Positions 56,307-64,000 of a stretch of 64,000 nt of DNA are shown piece after piece (the first letter of the stretch is position 1; the number at the start of each line of letters is the position of its first letter). The stretch spans positions 45,446,001-45,510,000 of the forward strand of contig OZ024750.1 in assembly GCA_964016885.1 (NCBI GenBank), in the 5' to 3' direction. The notes beneath the pieces were generated by a model that ran no database searches, was not told where the DNA came from, and saw nothing but the letters and a program-made list of their open reading frames with translations. Made by a program: the position numbers and the translations under genes. This DNA comes from Eledone cirrhosa (lineage: Eukaryota).

Positions 56307-56355
<49 letters not shown>

Positions 56356-56356
<1 letters not shown>

Positions 56357-58050
56357 TCTACATGGATGACCTGAAACTATTTGCAAAAAATGATGAACGA
56401 TTGCAAGGGCTATTATCCACTGTGAAGCAGTTCAGTGATGACATTAAAATGGAGTTTGGACTAGATAAATGCGCCAAAGTAACGTTCACCAGAGGAAAGC
56501 TGCTGAAGAGTTCAGACATTAATCTTGATCGGGGGAACGTGATAAGAGAACTTGATCAAGAAAAAACTTACAAATATCTAGGTGTTTGTGAAGGAGACGG
56601 AATCAAGCACTCGACAATGAGGGAAAGGATAAGGAAGGAATGTTACCGCAGAGTAAGAGCAATCTTAAGAACGGAATTGAATGCAAGGAATAGGATCGAT
56701 ACCATAAACACGCTTGCCATACCAGTAGTAACCTACAGTTACAATGTCATCAACTGGTCAAGCACAGAGATCCGTAGGCTCGATACAAAAATTCGAAAAT
56801 TCTTAACCATGCACAGAATGCATCACCCTAAGGCAGATATAGATAGAATATATCTCCCTAGGAAAGAAGGAGGACGTGGGTTAATCCAGTTAGACATTGC
56901 GTTGAAAACTGTAACAATTGGATTATCTACATATGTCAGGGAATCACATGATTGGATGATCAAACTCGTTTTGAAACACGAAAGCATCAAAAGATCATAT
57001 TCCATTACAAAAGATGCACAAATATACAGTAATGGACTACAAATTTCAGAAGTCCCATTTACTGCTGAAATGGAAAACACAGAAAAGGCAAAGCAGGTAA
57101 AAGTAACTGCAAAGAAAGAACTGCTACAGAAACTGGCTAAGAAATGGCAAGAAAAGCCTCTGTATGGAAAATACCCAGAGCGAGCTAACAATCCTGATGT
57201 TGACAAAACTTTAACTCATCAGTGGTTGGCATCCTCTAGACTGAAATCGGAGACTGAAGGACTGATTATATCGGCACAAGATCAGTGTCTGCCAACAAAA
57301 TTTACCAAGCCAACATAATAAAAATGGGTGCCGCCCATTATGCCGTGTATGCAAAAATCAACCAGAGACCATTGACCATATAATTTCAATGTGCAGTCCT
57401 ATAGCTCCAACCGAATACCTAAACAGGCATGACAGAGCTGCACAATAAATACATTGGATAATGTGTAAGCATTTTGACCTGCCCCATCAAAAGAATTGGT
57501 GGGAGCATCAACCACCTCCCATACTTGAAAAAGATCACATCTCAATCTTGTGGAACTTTAGCATCCAAACAGACCGAAAAATAGATGCAAATAGACCTGA
57601 TATAATATTGAAGGACTTTCAAAAGAGGGTATGCCTGCTAATTGATATGTCCGTTCCAATAGACAAGAATGTATCTATAAAAACATTTAAAAAATTGAGC
57701 AAGTATAAGGACCTGGAGATAGAAATTGGAAAAATGTGGAAATTGAGAACTAAAACAATACCAGTGGTTGTAGGCGCTCTGGGAATGATACCTAAGGGGT
57801 CTAATGACTACTTATCGCAAATCCCAGGAAACCCGCGTATAGGAGAAATACAACAGATAGTACTAATGGGAACTGCCCATATACTAAGGAAGATTCTGTC
57901 AATATAAGTACATCACAAGTCTAAACACTAAAGATGCATGTGTGAATATGTATGTTCTTTCTTGAACATGGCGGACCTTGTTGTCTCTTGAGGTCACTGG
58001 TTGTGACTTGGTGATAACTCGTATGAACATAAAGCAAGATAAATGCAACT

Positions 58051-58051
<1 letters not shown>
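56356..58051 (+). mobile_element. 5'-truncated R4/Dong-clade LINE (RT from YMDD, CCHC knuckle, restriction-like endonuclease), frameshifted
   Basis: YMDDLKLF...FGLDKCA, YKYLG, R.EGGRGL, CRVC..ETIDHIISMC, RHD, NRPDI...IDMSVP...KLSKYKDL; stop at 57907; (TAA)n on both sides. Confidence 0.93.
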
Positions 58052-58103
<52 letters not shown>

Positions 58104-58106
<3 letters not shown>

Positions 58107-58717
58107 CCACTGTGCAGGATCTGTGGAGAGAGAGAGGAGACTGTGGCTCACATTGTATCCGAGTGTAAACACCTAGCCCAGACCCACTATAAGGGCTGGA
58201 GACATGATGTGATGGGCAGGGTGATCCACTGGCATCTGTGCAATGTAAACAATTTACCACATTCTGAGAAATGTGAAGGTGCTGTGGGATTTTAGGATAC
58301 AGACGGACAAGAAACTGGAACACAATAGACCTGACCTGGTGGTTGCGGACAAAGAAAAAAGATCGTGCCTGATTGTGGATGTGGCTTGCCCATTCGACAC
58401 GAGAGTGCAAGAGAAGGAGAGGGAGAAAATTAACCGATACCAGGACTTAAAGTGGGAGGTAAAAAGGATTTGGAACTGCCATGAAGTCAAAGTGATCCCG
58501 ATTGTCATAGGCGCACTAGGTACTATCTCAAAAAGTTTCCAGGGATGGTAAAGAAAATCGGCCCCCACGCTTTTTGGAACGCTTCAAAAGGCATGCTTGC
58601 TGGGAACAGCAAGAACCCTCCGATACGTCCTGAATATCTGAGGCTGCAGGTAGTGGCTTGATATTCATTCCAACAAACTTTCCAGTTAACTAACATCAAT
58701 GACTGAGACTCAAGGAG
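58104..58717 (+). mobile_element. Second R4/Dong LINE 3' fragment (zinc knuckle and RLE), different subfamily
   Basis: PLCRICGEREETVAHIVSEC...RHD...VLWDFRIQTD...NRPDLVV...VDVACP...KINRYQDL; (TAA)n on both sides. Confidence 0.9.
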
Positions 58718-58724
58718 TAATAAC

Positions 58725-58778
<54 letters not shown>

Positions 58779-59214
58779 AATAATGGTTTCTTAATTAAAT
58801 AGGATCGATTTATAGTCAAATAATATATTACAGTATATTTTAGTTACTTATTTATCGACACATATCTGAAGAAAATGTATATGTAACTTCCATACTTAAA
58901 ATTGAACACGAAATAAATAGATTCTATAAATTAATTTGCTCTTTATGTGTGCAAGTATAGCCATGTATTTAACACTTTCGTTTCATAAAATGTTTATGTG
59001 ATCGATGACAATGCCCGAAACTTTCGGAAGTACCTCCTTCCGTAGATTTGGAGTAACCCAAGTCTTGTGAGTGAAATGTTGGGCGGTCTGTAAGTTTTTT
59101 GGGATAGACTAAACTCTTCGTCGGGAGAAAGGAAATTCTTAGCACCGCCCGTATAGTCGACTTTGATGAAATAATTCTTATCCAATACTCTATATTTGTA
59201 TTATTATAAGAAAG

Positions 59215-59460
59215 GGCGGCGGATTGGCAGTATCGGTAGAGGGTCGGACGAAATGCTTTGCGGCATAGAATTACGTCCCTTTACGTTCTGAGTTACAATC
59301 CTGCCCAGGTTAACTTTGTCTTTTATCCTCATGGGGTCGATAAAATAAAGTACGAGTAATACACTGGGTTCGATATAATCGAATTTCACCTTCTCCCAAA
59401 CTGTTGACCTTGAACCGAAATTAAAATGTTTGGCCTTCCTTTTAAATTAGAAACCATTGT
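59215..59460 (+). mobile_element. SINE S1 long variant
   Basis: A box and S1 body. Confidence 0.85.
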
Positions 59461-59609
59461 TATATCATGATAGGCCCCTGTCTCCACAGACCTCTCCCGT
59501 AGATCCGGAACACGCATATGTATTATGAACTTCCACCATGGCAAAACGAGTAAGGAGCTGCGACAAGAATATACGATATTGCATACATACATACATACAT
59601 ACATACATA

Positions 59610-60213
59610 GTGGCTGCCAATTCGTATTCGAGTACGGCCACTACTTTATATCCATGTAGGAGAACCCCTACCGATGCGCTGAACGAGTGTGACTTTTTAG
59701 TCCAGCCAGCGACTTGAAAACTCTGGTACAAACACTACACTTGTGACAATTATTGACATATAGTGCTGGGCCCATGGTACCATGTGACGACAAGTGCAGA
59801 GAGATCTCCAGATATAAAGCAATGCCTGTGCCGTGAAGCTTTTATAGTGAGCAAAGGCCCTGCACAAAGCCAGTCCCACTCTCTTAACCAAGATGATATT
59901 TACCAAAACGAACAACAAGTCAACATCATTGGATAGCATCAGGGTTGCAGGTGTTATATCAGAGTTTTCCTTCTCCTAGAATTCTGCCTTGACAAAGGCT
60001 AAGGGGTCATCTCTCCCGGTGATTTTGGTGGCTATTGACTCTTAATGTTCCTTTGCCATTTGACAGCTTTTGTTTTTAGTCCTGCGGGATGTCCAAAGTC
60101 ACCCTCCTCACCTAGAAACCTTGGTGGGGTTGCCAGTTTAGTGGCCAACGACCCGACCATGGGACAGGTTGTACTGGGATACATGTTACCAGTAGCACCA
60201 ACTGGTGACCTGA
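59610..60213 (-). mobile_element. ~600 bp non-coding element, probably a non-autonomous RTE derivative
   Basis: (CATA)n on both sides; 3' end GCAGCCA shared with the adjacent RTE (near 60294-60301); contains CTAGGAGAAGGAAAACTCTGA, a motif I associate with RTE 5' regions. Confidence 0.5.
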
Positions 60214-60289
60214 CATACATACATACATACTCCTTCCATCCATCCATATATACATCATCCATTCATCCATATATATATATATATACCTG

Positions 60290-61425
60290 TATGATGGCTG
60301 CAAATCTGCCAAGAGTATTGCAATCGCTTGTCAGATACAGATGTCTGACGCTCGGATATGGCAGTCCTTCTCACACTAACGACAACTATGGATCTCCTTG
60401 GCTTGAGATCCTGCATCAGGTTGCCTGTAAAGCCTAACACCACCGTGGAGATCATAGTTGACTGGCTCTCTTTGAACATGGCTGACTGTGGCTCCTGAGA
60501 CCAGATTTGCACAAGCAAATTTTTCCACACTCAGGGCACTTCAATTCAATGGAAACACGGATCGTTTCGAGAGATACACCAGGGCATTGCTTACGCACAT
60601 CCCGTTTGATATTCTCGTGCTCCATGCATCGGTCCTCAAAATTATGGACCCTATCTTTCACCATTCCACGCCAAGTTTCTCTTTCAAGAGCGTCTATTCC
60701 CAGTCAGCTATCATCAAACCAGTTTTTTCAATGAGTCCTTTACAAATTCCTTGAATCGGAGCCTTGGCTTGTGAGGTGGGCGCTTACCCTCATAAAGCTC
60801 GCCATACAAGAGTTATTTTGTGATTCGATCATCCTCCATTCTGCAGAGGTGTCCGCTCTATCGCAAACGCCGTTGGTGGATGATACTCTCAATGCTCCGA
60901 CACTCACTTCCCTCAAGGACCTCAACATCACTCACATGCATCTGCCACTTGATACCGAGCAACTTTCTGAGACATTTATGGTGAAACCGTTCCAGTCTGT
61001 GGATATGCCGTATGTAAGCAACCCATGTCTCACATGCATACAACAAATCTGACAGTACACATGCAGCATACACTCTCACCTCGGTCCTCATTGTGATTCC
61101 TCGCCTTCACCAAAGACGATCGTTGAGTCTTCCAAATGAATCACGTGACTTACTAACACGTAGAGCAACTTCTGTATCCAGAGAGCAGACCACGCTTAGG
61201 GTACTCCTCAAATACAGAAATGTCTCAGCAGCCTTCAGCTTTTGACCTTATACGTATATGGAGGGTTCATTGAAAACTTTATCTGGAGCAGGTTGGTACA
61301 TGACGACAGTCTTCTTCAGACTGATTGTCAGTACCAAAGCACTGCACGCATTGGAAACAGAATGCATAAGGTGTTGCATGTCAGTCTGGGAGCGTGCAAA
61401 GAGATCACGATTATTTGCATATAAA
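60290..61425 (-). mobile_element. 5'-truncated, decayed RTE (BovB-like) LINE
   Basis: LYANNRDL (YADD remnant), LTISLKKTVVMYQP, VYAACVLSDLLYACETW, LERFHHKCLRKLLGIKWQ, QRRLR, terminal C2H2-like CPECGKIC..GLRSH. Confidence 0.88.
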
Positions 61426-61665
61426 CATTCTCTATATTCATACATACATAGATGAATGCATTCATACATATATACACACATACATATACACATACATAAC
61501 TATACACATAACTAAATGCATATATACATATATACATATATACATACATAATTACATGCATGTATCCATACATCCATCAATGCATACACACAGACATACA
61601 TACACACATACACACATATATACATACACACATAGACACATACATACATACATACACACATACAT

Positions 61666-62693
61666 ACTGCATGCTTATCAGCAAAAAATCAAGCATGGAA
61701 ATTTTGCCAGGAAGCTCCAGAGTGAGAGTAATATAGATAAGGAAAGTAGTCTATCTTGGACCAACAACCGCTATATTGGCTCCCAATTTGAAGGATACGC
61801 TTTTTCAATCCAAGACCAGGAGATTAACACGAAATACCTGATTCACAAAAGAGATAGGGATGCAGGCAAAACACCTAAATGTGATAACAAGTGCAGACTC
61901 TGCAGAACTAACATCGAGGATATCACCCATGTCATCAGCAGCTGTCCAAAGATGTCATCGCGGTACTATCTACCTATGAGGCATGGTGTAGTGGCCCAAA
62001 CACTGTACAATGCAGTTCCTAAAAAAGATAGCCTCGATAATAAACACATTCAAAGCTACAGCAATGTGGAAGACAATCACGTACATAATATGAAAGTGTA
62101 CTGGTGGAATGTTCCAGTAATAAACCCAATAAAATGTAGGCATAACAGACCAGATATTATGATATGGGACAGGGAGAAGAAAGCATGCACAGTAGTGGAA
62201 GTTAGTTTCCCAGCAGATGCCAATATAATATCAAAGATTAACGAAAAGGGGAATATTTATTGCAGAACTGATGAGTAATCTGCAGATACTCCACCCTGAT
62301 TACACCTTCAGATTTATGCCCGTGATTATTGGGGCACTGGGGTATGTTAGTAACTGCCTCAATACAAATCTTGAGAAGCTAGGCTTCACAGGAACAAAAA
62401 TAACACAACTAGTTAGGAAATTACAAGTACAATCCATTAATGGAACAGTAAAAATATGTAAAACATTCCAAAAATGTGAAACATTCCAAAAATCTATTAA
62501 CTGCATATACATATGTACAGATACAAAGCATATACACATGCACACATACAACTCAAAACCTCCACATTCACACATTCAATAACATCCATATCTACACATG
62601 CATGCATTCATACATATCTACCTAGTTGATGTTGTGTAAATTCCAATGAGAGAGACTTGTGTCTATGTTAAAAACTGACTCTCTCTCTATTGG
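61666..62693 (+). mobile_element. 5'-truncated R4-like RLE LINE embedded in (CATA)n
   Basis: HG.F, FEGYAFSIQDQEINT, CRLCRTNIEDITHVISSC, RH, WWNVP, NRPDIMIWD...VEVSFP; frameshift near 62270; PVIIGALG. Confidence 0.88.
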
Positions 62694-62710
62694 GAAAGGT
62701 AGGTATACGA

Positions 62711-62776
62711 CTGACAGGAAGGTAGACGGTACTGATGACAGCTAAGCTAGAAACTAGTTCATCGTTCCTTTGTCAG
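62711..62776 (+). ncRNA. Type-I hammerhead motif with extended, bulged stem I
   Basis: CTGACAGG..GACGGTA-CTGATGA-CAGC taa GCTA-GAAA-CTAG-TT-CATCGTT-CCTTTGTCAG. Confidence 0.65.
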
Positions 62777-62981
62777 TGTTTAACAAAAGAGCAGCGTTGG
62801 TTGTCGAACACTGTGCGGCTAATAATTCGGGCTGTTTGTTTACAAACAAACTGAGCATTATAATAAATGTTCGGTAAACCCATACGTACATATATATATA
62901 TGTGTGCATCTATGTATGTATATACATACTACTGTATGTCTGTATACATATATGAATGTACGTATAAATACTTATATATAT

Positions 62982-63079
<98 letters not shown>

Positions 63080-63714
63080 ATAATAATAATAATAAAATGT
63101 GGAGGGGAAGCACACGAGTTAGGATATATATATATGTATATGAAAACAGGGAGAAAGAGACGATTATTAGGAAGAAAAATATATATTTTTCCTTTTTTGT
63201 TTCTCTCTCTTTTTTCTGGGTTAGAAAATGATTAAAACGAAATGTTTTACTTTGTGTGAAGTGTTAAGGTATTAGTTGATTTATTTATTATTTAACAATG
63301 GCATTTATTTATTTATTTATATATTTAATTATTGTCTATTACCGGTTTCATTATTTTTATGCATTATCAAATGATAGTGAAATGTATTAGTGTGGTGTCG
63401 CATATGTTAGACAGAAGGTGCAGAAAGAATAATGTTATTTACAAACAAGGTTTATGAAGTGAAAAGAAAAAAGAAAAATGAAAAAAAATGTGCATAATGT
63501 AGAACGTAAAAGTCAATGTGGAAGAAAAAATAATGTTATTTACAAGCAAAGTCATTGAAGTTAAGCAGATCAAAATGTGTTAATATAGCAAGAGTGCTGA
63601 GTTGATCCATGATTCCGTGATGGAGGCAAATGGTGGACTGAGGTTTGATATGATTTCCCTTTTTAGAGAGTTAATATGCAGGGGGAAGCAATTCTTGCTG
63701 GATGATATTTAATT

Positions 63715-64000
63715 TATTAAGAAAAAATCCAACAAACACTCACTATGAACCCTACAGTAACAAAATGCGGAAGGCCCAACTGTGGCATATGCATAAATCT
63801 AAAAGAAGGTTCAACATTCCATTTTAAACAAGGACAGCGTTTCACAGTTAAACACAAATTTGCATGTGCATATGAAAACCTTATCTATGTTTTGACCTGC
63901 TCAGGTTGTTAAGAGCACTACATAGGACAGACAAAAAACAGCCTCCGTCAATGTATGACCGTCCATAAATCACAAATTAAAATACAGAAATACAGAAAGA
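63715..64000 (+). pseudogene. Penelope-like element GIY-YIG endonuclease fragment, runs off the window edge
   Basis: KCGRPNCGICINL...FACAYENLIYVLTCSGC*EHYIGQTKNSLRQCMTVHKSQI: CxxxxCxxC linker plus IY/YIG motifs; one in-frame stop. Confidence 0.85.

Noticed and set aside
59012-59126. Minus-strand CCGACGA...GAAAGTTTCGGG long-stem hammerhead
   Set aside because: Altered core, weak stem II base and non-palindromic stem III; too degenerate to call without a family consensus

Overview
AT-rich, microsatellite-saturated animal non-coding DNA. It is most likely a coleoid cephalopod (Octopus-like), an inference from the SINE families and the extreme (TA)n/(CA)n/(CAA)n load. No intact host gene can be supported, and almost all listed ORFs are microsatellite translations. 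The window contains about 18 copies of one tRNA-derived SINE, a mariner remnant, and LINE fragments (R4/Dong with restriction-like endonuclease, Tx1/L1, RTE). It also has Penelope-like element (PLE) remnants (RT, GIY-YIG, C-terminal CxxC/CRH motif) and several minisatellites. The main finding, read by eye, is a dense population of about 14 type-I hammerhead ribozyme motifs (CUGANGA-stem II-GAAA-palindromic stem III-UH). They sit in short non-coding elements, most of which abut (TA)n tracts. Several are near-perfect 130-175 bp fold-backs with a shared inverted 'tail', and several have greatly enlarged stem II arms. The retroelement classes also appear to partition among different microsatellite targets. 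All calls are manual; no folding software or database search was run.
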